This document shows positions 42,411 through 55,249 of a stretch of DNA of 64,000 nucleotides, in pieces. The stretch's first letter is position 1; the number at the start of each line of letters is the position of its first letter. The notes below the pieces were generated by a model. It was not told the DNA's origin. It saw only the letters and a list, made by a program, of their open reading frames with translations, and made no database searches. Made by a program: the position numbers and the translations under genes. The DNA is from the human T2T-CHM13v2.0 reference genome, Homo sapiens: the NCBI RefSeq assembly GCF_009914755.1, contig NC_060947.1. The stretch is one strand, 5' to 3'.

Positions 42411-43388
42411 GTATATCAGTCAGGGTTCAGGGCAACATACTGAAACAACTCAAGGTATACTAATCAGAAATTATTTAATACAGAGAATCCATACTGAGAA
42501 CTTATTTGAAGGGAAGAAGGTGTGGGCTCTATGCTGAACATCAAAAAATGACTCCTAGAACATGACAGGAATGACCCTCTTGAAGAACTACTATCTTTAA
42601 GGCCACTGATGGAACCACTAATTTTTTTTTTTGAGACAGGGTCTCACTCTGTTGCCCAGGCTGGAGTACAGTGGTGTGATCATGGTTTGCTGCAGCCTTG
42701 ATATCCCAGGCTCAAGCAATTCTCCCACCTCAGCCTCCTGAGTAGCTACAACTACAAGCACATGCCACCATGCCTAGCTATTTTTTTTATTTTTGCATTT
42801 TTATAGAGTTGGAGTCTCCCTGTGTTGCCCCGGATGGTCTCTAATTCCTGGGCTCAAGAGATCTTCTTGCCTCTGCCTCACAAAGTACTGGGATTACAGA
42901 TGTAAGCCACCATGTTTGGCTGAACCACCACATTTAAGAATGCATTGCAATTGCTGTTATCCAGGAATCAGGAAGACAGAATTAAGAAGTTGCCATTGCC
43001 ACTATTCCTACCCCAGCTACCTCCTGGCCCCTACAAAGATGATGACTGGGTAATGAGACATAGACTCTGTCCAGTGTCTCTGCTACAACTTGCTTGTCAA
43101 CATCCAGGAAGCTAGAGAATTGACATGGGGCACCAGTGCAAAAAAAGATCTCATGTCTCTAAGACCTAGATTGCCAGCAGAAAACAACTAAAAGAAAAGA
43201 GAGATGGCCTACACTTTCCATCTGACTTCAAAACTCCAAGCAAGTGCATCTAGTTTGCTTCCAGATCTTCAGCTACAAGAGAGACTGGGAAATATACTTT
43301 CTAGCTTTCCAATCTCAGTAGTATAGGAAGGTACGTCAAAGGGAAGATGAACTAGAGACTGAATGAGATAATACACAGTATTTCCACA
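42411..43388 (-). mobile_element. Ancient MaLR/ERVL-type LTR split by an AluJ
   Basis: 'tatatcagtcagggttcag' start and 'cagctacaagagagactgggaaat' end motifs of old MLT1 elements. Confidence 0.5.
42622..42921 (-). mobile_element. AluJ SINE
   Basis: Antisense AluJ; TSD gaaccacta / gaaccacca. Confidence 0.93.
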
Positions 43389-44054
43389 GGCTAATTCTGG
43401 GACAGTCTGCTGGCCTTGCATGGCTGTGGCACTGAGGAGCTTTCTACCCTGTAGTCAGATAGACCCATTGTCCTAAAGACATCATTATACTAAAAATACC
43501 AATCATTATTTGCCATATCACAGCAGGAGAAGCTTCCAGAGAAACTACCTGTCTCATAGCCTTGTTGAATGGTCAGTAGATTATGTGCCCCAGCCTCCTG
43601 GCTGTACCTTATGTGATCATGGGTGGGTCCTTGGCCCAGTGGTGGCTCATATGTAGTCTAGCCAGGAAGCTAAGTGGCTTGGATGACCTGGTCTGAAAAA
43701 AAGAGCTAAGCCAATAGACTTATGCCCTTATAAATTTAGTATGGTAGGCTGTGTACAAGGTGGAACTATCACAAAATCAGATTTGTAGAGAGGTGAATGA
43801 AGCAAATATGCAGGATGAAGTAGACATACCCAGGAGAAGAGAGAGCATCCCCTGAGTAAGCCCCAGAGAAGGTAGCTGTCTCCACTCTTAGCGTCTTTTG
43901 AGGCTAGTTCCAATCCAAGCATGCCCTTGCAACACTCTTTCCACTTGTCTTGGGGATAACTTAAGTGGGCTTACCATGTAGCAAAAGGGCTTTGACTAAA
44001 ACCAGCCCATAAAGGAAAGTGGATGGAAGACTCACTTTCTTTCACTGGTCATGT

Positions 44055-44400
44055 GGCCAAGACAATGCTATGTTCACCACCATATTTCCCCTTCCTGAGC
44101 ACCCACACCAGGAAGAGTCCATTTCCCAGTCTCTCTTGGAGGGCTACTCTAAGTTCCTACCAGTGGGAATGTGAGCTGAAGTGATGTGTCATTTGCAGTC
44201 CAAGGCAATTTAAAATGGTGGAATCCCCCCTCTTGCCCTCTTCATCTATGTGGCTGGAAGCTAAAATCTCTGAAATGGAGGCCTGGAACTAGAGAAGTAG
44301 CCAGGATCTCTGAGCCTCTTGGAGGACAGTTGCCAAGGAGATTTGCTCAGCTCTCATCAGATTGTAATTTACCTTTCAGCAGATGGAAACTACTTCTACT
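44055..44400 (+). mobile_element. MLT1H/I-type LTR fragment
   Basis: 'catttcccagtctctcttg...gaatgtgagctgaagtgatgtgtcattt'. Confidence 0.65.
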
Positions 44401-44700
44401 TATGGGAATCAAGGAGGAAAGAGTGTGGGCTCTTTAACTGGAGTCAATGACAGTATTTCTATGTAACTCAGTGAATGACTGGGCCATATAAACTTCATAA
44501 GGAAGGGACCATGACTGCCTAGTTCACCACTGTACCTCTAGAACCAAGAACAGTGGCCATTGTAGATGTTCAGTAAATATTTTTCCAACGAATGAATGAG
44601 CTCAGATGAAGTCAAGTTTTCACATCTTTGATTAGGATGTTATTTGAGTTTAAAATCATTTTAATGGACTTTCAGTTAGCCAAAAACTAACTATAAGTTA

Positions 44701-45060
<360 letters not shown>

Positions 45061-45109
45061 CTCCTAAGTAATTACTACAGGCAACCCAGTAAGTAGACAT
45101 GGGGGATCT

Positions 45110-45278
45110 AGCCCTCTCAACAATTCTGATTTTCTGTGTGAACTTATGCAAATAATTTCGCTCAGCCTCAGTTTCCTCATTTACAAATGGAGATATGAAT
45201 CTTTGCCCTGTCTGCCTCAGAAGAGTTCTGAGGCTCAAATGACCCAATAGATGTGGAAGAGCTTTGTAAACTATAAGG
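45110..45278 (+). mobile_element. MIR SINE
   Basis: 'agcctcagtttcctcatttacaaatggagat'. Confidence 0.8.
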
Positions 45279-46068
45279 TGTGTGCACGCGCATGCACACA
45301 CATACACACACACACACATATGTACAGCTAGGTGTGTATGTATGTATATAGAAAATAAATCATTAGGAATCACATATGTTCCCTGCAGAACATAAAGCCC
45401 TATTTGTCCCACAGCATTTATACATTTATATTTCCCACTTTCTATGAATATCCTTAAATTTTATTTTAGTGCAAGTGAAATTGGCTGGCACCTCTGTGTA
45501 ATTGTTGACAGATGAGGAAGATAAAGAGATACAGGTAATCTGCATGCCTCAGGATAATCAATGAAGAAATGGAATGACTGAATCTATTATAGAAAAGCTT
45601 GCCTGGATTATGCAAATATTCCACCACCCAAGGTAAACCAAGTGGGTCTAAGTGGCACAGAACATGGAGCTGCCATTGCAGATTTGGGTACTGTTTGGAC
45701 TCTGCAATGCCAGCATACTTACAGATTGCCTCACTCTGCATAACAGTTGGATTATTATGACTACATGACTACCTGTGTAGACATTCACTCACTTTAAGTG
45801 CAAGAGGTACTCTTAAATTCATTCACTCAATCATTCATTCCTGGGAAGCACTTTTCCCGTCATTTGATACAGCAATAATTACTTTTTAAAGTGAACGTTT
45901 ACTCTCTGATTTTGCTAGCAGTCAACTTTCATCTACTGAGTGTTTTTCATTGTGTCAAGCCCTGCACCAAAGCACGGTGAGGGACATGGTGATGTATAAG
46001 GCATGGTCCCTGCTCTTAGAGGACCATAGCTATGCAAGTTAGTTAGGGAAAGCTTCTCAGAAAAGGTG

Positions 46069-46672
46069 GTATATTAGTTTTCTATTACTGCATAACAAAT
46101 TACTACAAACATGGAGACTTAAAATCTCACCTATTTATTAGCTCACAGTTCTGTTGGATATGGCTCAAATGGCTTCTCTGCTCAGGGTATCACAAAGTTG
46201 AAATCAAGGTATTGGTCAGGCTGATGTCTCATCTGGAAGGTCCAGGAAAACTTGTTTACAAGCTCACTCAGGATGTTGGTTGAATTCAGTTCATTGAGAT
46301 TGTAGGGCTAAAGTCCTTGTTTTCTTGCTGGCTGTAAACCAGAGGTTATCTTTGGCTCTGAGGGCTGCCACGTTGCTTGCCATGTGGTCCCCTCCATCTT
46401 CAAAGCAGTAATGGTGTGCCAAATCCTTTCCAAACTTTGAATTTCTGACTCCCTTCTTTGCAACCAACTGGAGAAAACTCTGCTTTTAAAAGGCTCACTT
46501 GATTAGGTCAGTCTATTTAGGGTAATCACCCTATGCCATATAATGAAACATAATCATAGGAGTGATATCTCATTACATACACAGGTGCCACTCACACTTA
46601 AGGGGTTTATGCAGGGCTTGTATCCCAGGGGGCAGAAATCTTGGAAGCCAACTTAGGATCTTGCCTACCACA
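46069..46672 (-). mobile_element. MLT1E-type MaLR solo LTR
   Basis: 'tattagttttctattactgcataacaaattact...ttaggatcttgcctaccaca' complete antisense termini. Confidence 0.88.
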
Positions 46673-47225
46673 GGTAAATGTCAGGATAGTCCTTGAGAAT
46701 TGTAAGCTGTAAATGCTACACAACCATGTTGGAGAGATTTGGAAGGCACAGTTTTCCAGTTTCCAGTCTCCCATATCTGTTCCCTTCATTATTTTCTGAT
46801 GATGGCTCTTCCTTCTTTGGATTATTGAATACCAAAGAAGATCATTGGACCAATTAACGTCCACAGGTGGCCTTTCAGCTCCAAATGACATCTGGCGTAG
46901 GGGTGGTTTTCTGTATGGAAAATTTGAGGCGTGTTTCTTTCTGTAAATTCCTAGAGGGTAGGCATTGCGTTTTCCTTCAATACTCCCACCTCCAAACAAA
47001 ACAAACCAAAACAACAAACTTCTCCTGATCCTTATATTTTCTGAGACATTTCTCTCGAAAACTTTACAGCCAGGTTTGGGAAAGAATCACCTATGTTCTC
47101 TTTCTCTGTATCCTTGCTTACAAATCACTCCTCCACCCACTGCAATCTAGCTGTCATTCCCACCGTTCCATTTGGTTTGACCCAAAGGAATAGACTCACT
47201 TGGATTCAAATACTGGCTTGATTAC

Positions 47226-47656
47226 TATGGTGGTTGATTTTATGTATCAGCTTGACTGAGCTAAGAGATGCCCAGATAGCCTATAAAACATTATTTCTGG
47301 GTGTGTCTGTGAGGGTGTTTCCAGAAGAGATTAGCATTTCAATCAGTAGACTGAATAAAGAAGATCTGCTCTCACCAATGTGGGTGGGCATCATCCAATC
47401 TTTCCAGGGCCCAGACAGAACAAAAAGGCAGAGGAAAGGGGACTTCACTCTCTCCTCTTGAGCTGGGTCATCTATCTTCTTTTGCCCTTAGGCACAGGAG
47501 CTCCTGATTCTCAGGCCTTTGGACTCCAGGACTTATAACAGCAGCAGCATATTATGGGACTTCTCTGCCTCCATAATCATATGAGCCAAATCCCATAATA
47601 AATCCTCTCATATAACAGGATTTATTATGGGATTTGGCACACACGCACGCGCATGC

Positions 47657-47688
<32 letters not shown>

Positions 47689-47730
47689 CCCTCCTTGATT
47701 CCATTTATTTGGAGAACCCTGACAAATACA
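47226..47730 (+). mobile_element. MLT2B/D-type ERVL solo LTR with (CA)n
   Basis: 'aaacattatttctgggtgtgtctgtgagggtgtttccagaagagattagcattt'...'ggagaaccctgacaaataca'; TSD attac / atcac. Confidence 0.92.
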
Positions 47731-48497
47731 ATCACTCACCTGATGTGTGACTGTCTCAGCCTTAATTTCCTTTTCTATAAAAAGCGAATGACATTCATGC
47801 TGAAGTGTTTTGGTGAAGATTAGTGATAATGCATGTAAAGCACCAACATATTGGCACTCGTACTCTTCTGTGACTCTAAGCACCTTGAGCACAGAAACCG
47901 TATTTTAAAGGGTCACAGGACAGTCTGACATCACCCTTTCGACAGTGGCATTTTGACAAAACAGCACCAAAATGTCCCCATGTTCAAATGGGCCTATGAA
48001 AGCATCTTTATTGAGAATTGTGCTTCCTTGTCTCCCACATTTCCTAGCACAGTGCTTGACACACAATAGAAATTCCATCAATGTTTGTCACTGGTAGAAA
48101 TGATGAATTAGTTTATCTCTTTTCTTCATCTAAATTGTATGCTCATTGAGGGGAGATAATTTTTTTCTTATTACGAAGATTCCACATGGTTTGTTCTTCC
48201 AATACTTGGCTATGGGTAATTCTTTCACTCATCCAAATTCTCAGACTTAGATGAAACCCAAGGGAAGATTGAACTCATGCATCCCAGTAAGATTAGCTCT
48301 TTAATGTTTAATAATCATTAGGGAAAAAGAGATTCCACAACCTTCCCCAATAACTTGTCTCAGAGTTAGATTAAATAGAAGGAAGACAATAAGGATTATT
48401 AAAATTCCTCATGCCCTATGCAAGTCTATTTGCAAATGCTAACGGGTTTCTCAGGAAGTCAAGCAATTTCCTTTCTTCCTTTCTCCCCCACCTTTGC

Positions 48498-48523
48498 TCT
48501 CTGTCTCTGTCTCTCTGTCTCTC

Positions 48524-48555
<32 letters not shown>

Positions 48556-48562
48556 CCTCTCT
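48498..48562. repeat. (TC)n microsatellite
   Basis: Direct observation. Confidence 0.9.
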
Positions 48563-48649
48563 CGTGTGTGTATAGGTTGTTTGCCCTGCCTGAATTAGGG
48601 AAGAAAAATGAGGTCCTCCACATAACCTGAATCAGATTTCCTATAGTGG

Positions 48650-48890
48650 AGTTGTTAAGGAATAGAGCTTAGGCTTTCAGAAAGATAGATTCTGTTACAT
48701 ATTCAAGCTCCACTGTCTGATTTTGGGGTAGCAAGTTCTTTAGCCCCTCTGAGCCTCAGTTTCTTCAGCAAGAAAATAGAGATGAAAATGGTAGTACCTC
48801 CCTCAAGGATGATCATTGAGATTTAAAGAGAGAATTCACATAAAGCCCTTAACACATGTTTAGCAGGTAATAATAAATGCTAGCTGTTTA
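48650..48890 (+). mobile_element. MIR SINE
   Basis: 'cccctctgagcctcagtttcttc...taataaatgctagctg'. Confidence 0.75.
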
Positions 48891-49417
48891 TATCACAAGT
48901 AGAATTCTCTTTTAGCAAGAGTATTTTAATGCCTAACTTGGCATAATGATCATCATGAAACTATTCCCCATGTCTTTGTGAATAATCTATATAGTACTGC
49001 TTTGCTGATGAGAATGAGTACTCCTGTAAGAACCACACTTCAAAGACCCTCTTTACTTGACAGTTATTGGGATATAATTATCATTCTGTGAAATCAAAGG
49101 TAGGTCTGTGTAAGGGCTGCATTTAGACACAGACTCCATATTAAATATCATGTTAGCCATAATAAAATATGGTGCTTTTTCCTGTGGATTAGTGATATTT
49201 TGGTTGGGTAGATTGGGAAAATAATTGTAGAAATTGTTTTTGGTTTTGTTTTAGGAATGAGCTCTTCTTAAAAGACTGAAAGACTCTTGGTCCTGGTGGA
49301 TATTTTGGGACCTGATCCTAGCAATAATGAACCTCCTTCCTTTAGGGAAAAGGCAAAATCCAGGGCTGAGCAGGTGTTTAGCTCTGGATTATTCTGGGTT
49401 ATTCAAAAGGTTTAGAG

Positions 49418-49530
49418 CAGTGGTTTCTGATTCTGTGGATCTGGGATTCAGCCTGATGATTTGCATTTCTAACAAGTTTCCAGTTTATACTAATACTTCT
49501 GGTCCAGGGACTGCACTTGGACAACCACTG
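49418..49530. mobile_element. MER5A hAT-Charlie MITE (internally deleted)
   Basis: TIRs cagtggtt / aaccactg; 'atttgcatttctaacaagtt'. Confidence 0.8.
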
Positions 49531-51572
49531 CACTAGAAAGAAGTAAGGGAATAAGAGTCCCTTCTGCCTATGTAGTATTTTTTACCATTGCTAATCCTAT
49601 TCACATCCATTATCACATTGGAGCCTCATTGATGTCAGGTTAAGACAAGGAAAGTATCGTGAACATCAATTGTCCATGAGAAATAAGTTAAACAGAGACT
49701 TACAAACTTTGGATTCTTCAGTGTACTATGACTTATATCTTGTAAATGGTTTCCTATCTGGAGGAAAATAACAGGCTCTGAGGGCAAACTCTATAAAGGA
49801 GATGGGAAATGTCAGTCACCTACACTCTCCCTACTGCATTCTTAAATGCATTACCAATCTGTCATAGCAGTCTTTCACCCAGATTTGCCCTCAGAACCCT
49901 CCTGGCCATATGCTCAAGGTAGCCACTACCAGTTAATCAGGGTTAGCACATACTGCTATTTTCCATTCATTCTCCAAAGGGAATGAAGATGAACTAAGTA
50001 GGATGGAACTGGCTTTGTGAATTACCAACTGTAATTTAAACTAAAGATGTAGTCACAAAATATCATGATTCTAGTGACCTTCCAGGTGCTTCCGCAGCAT
50101 ATAAAGTCCCTCATAGGAAAATAAAGCTATTCTGGTAAGGCCTCCCATCCAGCAGGTTCTAAGAACTGGTTAATGTCAAGATGTCATTTGTTTATTTATT
50201 CATCTATTATTTGTTGGAGCCCATTCTAGTGCCAAGCACTGTGCTAGACATTTTTGGCTGCAGAGATGGATCAGACACAGTTCTTGCATGGTCTAGGAGA
50301 GAAGACAAAAGATGTGTAAAACTAGCTACATCTTAGGGATAAATGCGGTTAAAGGCTGCAAGAGGAACAAGTAAAGTGTAGAGAACGGAGATGTCACTTT
50401 CAGTTGTAACATTAGATCTTCCTCTGTTGGACCCACTTCTACCTCTACATCACAAAGTGACAGAGAACATTAGAAGTTCACTTGCTACAACTTCTGCCCA
50501 TCAATTCTTGACCTCGGTCTGTTTCTTGCTGTGTAAAACACATCCCATACAGTGGTTAGAAGGATTAATTGTCTCATACATGGTGTGCCCTCGCTCTATG
50601 AAAGGTATTGTAATGCTCTCCACTGAAACTCCTCAGGCTCAACTTACTGTGAAGTCAATTCAGAGGATAGGTACATCCAGGTAGTTTGTGGAGGTTTCAG
50701 ATCTTGTCCATTTAAATAGAATGAATCACTGTATTGGCAAAACTACCATCTTCTCCTCTTAGTTTGGCCTAGTTTGGGAAATTCACAAAGATAACAACAC
50801 TCTACTTCACTCCTATCTTTTGGCCGCACAACAGCCCTGAAATTTCAGAGGAAGGCCTTATATGCACAGATAAAACTATAAAAGATACATGTATTTGTAT
50901 TAAGAATGTCATATTATGCTTTCAACAGTACCTATGGAAGAAAGACAACATAGTCATCACATATATCTCCCCACAAGTTTCTACTTTGGGGTTAGCAAGG
51001 CAATTCCTTTTTGAATAATACACCTGTTATTCCCCCACTTCTCTTAAAATAGACAGTACATTTAATATGTGTTTATGTTTCATCTGGGTTGAAAAAAACA
51101 TCACAATTTGGATGTTCTGATATCTCTTCAGACTTCTTAAAATAAGATTCTACTGCTGTGTATATGGATAATTGTTTTTGAAGCAGATATATAGTAATTG
51201 GCAGGTGAATATTAGCTTAAATCCCCACTTAACATTTGCCATGAGTTTCATGATTTTGCTGCACCCATCTTTATTTTTAGTAACGAGACCTCATAGTCTT
51301 AATATTGCCACAATTTAGGTCTGAAACAGAATTGGGGTGTGAGAGGGGATTTTCTGCAGTATTGGAGGAAAATGTCCCTCAAGAAAGAAAGAAGCTCTGG
51401 AAGAAATGGACAGTTTGTCATTTCTGAAAGCCAAAGGTTAAAACTTTTCTTTTTGACAGCCTGGAAAATGGTTTTCTGAAGTAGTACTGTAGCACCAGGC
51501 CACATAAAACAAATGGTAGAGGCTTCAGGAGTGTTGTCAAAAACTCAATTATTGATAAAGTCCAGCTCCAAA

Positions 51573-51608
<36 letters not shown>

Positions 51609-51634
51609 TGCACACACACACAAACACACACACA
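51573..51634. repeat. (TC)n(CA)n compound microsatellite
   Basis: Direct observation. Confidence 0.9.
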
Positions 51635-51876
51635 CCAACTCAATGTTCATATCTTTTTGTGTTGTATAATGGGGAGAGAGATGCTAGCATTGCTTCTAGA
51701 ATCACATCAAACAGCATGAGGAATCACGAAGCCATGGAAACAACTTGTCTGGTTATATGTAACCGTAAAAAGAAATTGGATTTTGAAAACTAACAACAAA
51801 AAACCAACTGGAGTTTTCTTATGAACTTTCTCGGAATTGTATTACTGATTTCTTTATTTGTACTTCATTCCTTAGT

Positions 51877-52062
51877 TATACATGTATATATAGAGAGAGA
51901 TGTTTATAGACAAATAGATCTATATATATATATAGAGAGAGAGAGAGAAGAGAAAGTTCTCTCTCTCTATATATATATATTTAGTTATATATATATATTT
52001 AGTTATATATAGAAGTGTGTATATATATATATGTGAACATATACACACACACACATATATAT
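51877..52062. repeat. (TA)n/(GA)n/(CA)n compound microsatellite
   Basis: Direct observation. Confidence 0.9.
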
Positions 52063-52824
52063 GGCCCTCCTAAAATAAGCTTTAATGGTTTTTCCCTCAA
52101 TTTGAGATTTTATTCTTCTGCAAATTTTGTACATTTTTACATGTTAACAATCTCTTACACATGTACAGCAAAACTCTTTCATATTTGTTACCTTACCATG
52201 TCCTAATACATTTGTGAGACAGGTAAAAGCTTCCAGATTCAGATAAGGAAATTTGAAGCCCTGAAAGATTAAGTGGCCTATCCAAAGTCACACAGCTACC
52301 AGGTGTTGAAATCTGGACAGTGATCCCCATCCTTTGCCTCTAGAGTTCTTCACACTCTACCACCTGGATGTGTGTGTCTGTGTCTGTACCGGTGAGTAAG
52401 TGGGACTCCTCCACTGGTCATTCAAACCTATTTGGTGTCACCTATGCTTTATCCCTTCCCTGGATGCAAACCAGGGCTAGTACCTGTGACTTTTCTGGTT
52501 ATGCTCAGATAATATAACATTATCTTGTCACTTTGGGTCATTTTCAGTAAAGAGTCTAGTCCACTTATGAGTCAAAATCCCTATCTTCATTTGAAATGAA
52601 GGTTTCTCCATTTCCCCAACCAGGAACTGTAGTGGGAAAGGGGGGATGGTGGTCACCTCATTCTCAAGTTCCATACCTTGCACTTCTACTCCTCTTCCCA
52701 ACCTGGCTAACTATGGTTTCTGACTTCCTCAGTGGCAAAGCAGGGATGAAGAAAATAGGTAACGGGCAAGACCTTGCCTGACTAGCGTGGCTGTGGTAAT
52801 TCAGCACCAGAACTCTGTGGATTA

Positions 52825-53117
52825 GGCCAGGTGTGGTGGCTCATGCCTGTAATGACTTGAGGACAGGAGTTTGAGACCAGCCTGCCCAACATGGCAAAAC
52901 CCCGTCTCTACTAAAAATAGAAAAAACTAAATTAGCCTGGAGTGGTGGTGTGCTCCTGTAGTTCCAGCTACTTAGGAGGCTGAGACACAAGAATGGCTTG
53001 AATCCTGGAGGCAGAGGTTGCAGTTGCAGTGAGCCAAGATGGCACCACTGCACTCCAGCCTGGAGGGCAGAGTGAGACTCTGTCTCAAAAAAAGAAAAAA
53101 AAAAAAGAAAAAGAACA
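52825..53117 (+). mobile_element. AluS SINE with a ~30-bp left-arm deletion
   Basis: 'cctgtaat|gacttgagg' junction lacks 'cccagcactttgggagg...'; TSD agaact(c/t)tgtggatt. Confidence 0.93.
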
Positions 53118-53339
53118 AGAACTTTGTGGATTTAGCAGGTGTTTCAAGCTGGCTCTTTCCCTGTGGGCTGCTTCATGGATTCCTCTTTTACACCCTCAGT
53201 GTTGGAGAGATTAATAATCAAAAGCCAATTTTTAAGAATCTCCTTAGTCTTGGGGTTTCAGCTGCAACTGAGATAAAACTAGTTTTGTTGTAACATCCTG
53301 TTACATGTAACCGATTTATTCATTCACAATGTGAATAAA

Positions 53340-53560
53340 GACCATGAGCTTTGGAGTCAAAAAGACCTAACTATAAATCAAGGTACTGCCACTCACTAGT
53401 TGTATGACCTTGGAAAAACTTTTCTACCATCTCTTAGTCTCAGTTTTTTAATCCGGGCATTACAATACTTACTTTACAGGCATTATAAGATTACTTGAGA
53501 TAATATATGTTAATTGCCTGGGATAAAATAGACACTCAATAATTGGTAATAGAAGTAGCT
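53340..53560 (+). mobile_element. MIR SINE
   Basis: 'gagctttggagtca...ctgccactcactagttgtatgaccttgg'. Confidence 0.8.
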
Positions 53561-53976
53561 GTTTTTGTTATATAGGCAAGCTGACCCTAATGAACATTTC
53601 CACGTAGATAATGTGTCCCTTTAGCATAGTACTACACCCTCTTTTGCTTCCCGATATCCTAAAGCTTACAGGGTTCTTCTCACTTTCTCACTGTGCTTGA
53701 AATCCTTCACTAGGCTATTCTACCTAAGCCTCACAGCCCTGCAAATGGACTTTTTTCCAGATTGTAAGGATTAAGTGAGATCATGCATTTAAGATGATTA
53801 CCCAGAATCTGGCACTGGCAAGTGCTCAAGAAATGGGAGTCACTACTATTATTGGTTGTGTTATTGTTATGATCTTACCATATCCCTGTTTTTTTAAGAA
53901 TGTCCCTCTTATCCACAATCTCAACTTTCTCATTCTCAACAAATCAACTCTCTGGGAGTGACCAGATACAGATAGT

Positions 53977-53987
53977 TTCTTTCTTTT

Positions 53988-54051
<64 letters not shown>

Positions 54052-54342
54052 TTTTTTTTGAGACAGAGTCTTGCTCTGTCGCCCAGGCTGGAGTGCAGTG
54101 GTGCAATCTTGGCTCACTGCAAGCTCTGCCTCCTGGGCGTTCACACCATTCTCCTGCCTCAGCCTCCTGAGTAGCTGGGACTACAGGTGCCTGCCACCAT
54201 GCCAAGGTAATTTTTTGTATTTTTAGTAGAGCTGGGGTTTCACTGTGTTAGCCAGGATGGTATCGATCTCCTGACCTCGTGATCCACCCACCTTGGCCTC
54301 CCAAAGTGCTGGGATTATAGGCATGAGCCACCACTCCTGGCC
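53977..54342 (-). mobile_element. AluY SINE with an expanded (TTTC)n tail
   Basis: Y diagnostics; (TTTC)n at 53977-54050; TSD agata(g/c)tttctt. Confidence 0.96.
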
Positions 54343-54399
54343 AGATACTTTCTTCTCTAAAGAATCCCTTGAGACTCTTCCAAGTGACCGAGTAGATTG

Positions 54400-54700
54400 G
54401 CTTGATTAAGAATGCAGGTTCTGTTGTTGTTGAAAACTTGATAAATGGAAAAAAAAGAATGCAGGTTCTAAAATCAATAGAGTTTTACTTCAAGCCACGA
54501 CTCTGTGCTTTCCTAGTTGTGTGACCTTAAATAAGTCACTCAACCTCCTTGAACCTCAATTTTCTCATCTGTAAAATGTGGGACAATAATAGCGTGTACC
54601 TTGCAGGATTATTGTGAGGATTAAGTGAGATAATATATGTAAAGCACTTGGCATGAATCCTGGAGCATAGTAAATACTCAGTAAATGTTGCCTATTATCA
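54400..54700 (+). mobile_element. MIR SINE carrying a tiny retro-insertion
   Basis: 'tgtgtgaccttaaataagtcactcaacctcc...ctcatctgtaaaatg...ttgtgaggattaagtgagataat'. Confidence 0.85.
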
Positions 54701-54837
54701 CTTTTACTGTTATTCATGATTCATGCAACAATCCTTTGTCAACTACCTACCATGAGGTCCTTGTTATGCTAGAACTAGGGATAGAGAGATGAAAGGCAAA
54801 AACACAGTTCCAAAACTCACAAAATTTACGTCTAAAG

Positions 54838-55007
54838 CAGTGGTTCTCAGACTTGCACATGAGATTCACCTAATGGACTTTTAAAACTCTCAATGCTGCA
54901 TTCATATGAATTAAGTCAGAATCTTGGTTGTGGTGGTGTGGTGCTGTAACCTAGCATCAAGATATTTTTGGGTGGTTTGACTATGTAGCCAGAGTTGAGA
55001 ACCTCTG
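54838..55007. mobile_element. MER5B-like hAT-Charlie MITE
   Basis: TIRs cagtggttctca / tgagaacctctg; NTCTARAN-type flanks. Confidence 0.7.
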
Positions 55008-55015
55008 ATCTAGAG

Positions 55016-55220
55016 CAGAGATTGGCAAATGTTCTCTGCAAAGGGCCAGAGAGTAAATACTTTAGACTTTGTGGGCCATATGTTCTCTATCACAACTACT
55101 GAACTCTGGTTAAAATTCAAAAACAGCCATAGACAATATATAAGTGAATGGGCATGGTCGTATTCCCATACAACTTTATTTACAAAAAACAGAAGGCGGG
55201 CCGGAGTTTCCCGACTCCTT
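55016..55220 (+). mobile_element. MER58A hAT-Charlie MITE
   Basis: 'aaagggccagagagtaaatactttagactttgtgggccata...cagccatagacaata...actttatttacaaaaa'. Confidence 0.88.
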
Positions 55221-55249
55221 ATATACAGTATGGAAGCAAATCAAAGATT

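Noticed and set aside
51920-51982. Hairpin between (TA)n(GA)n and (TC)n(TA)n
   Set aside because: Self-complementarity is expected from simple repeats.
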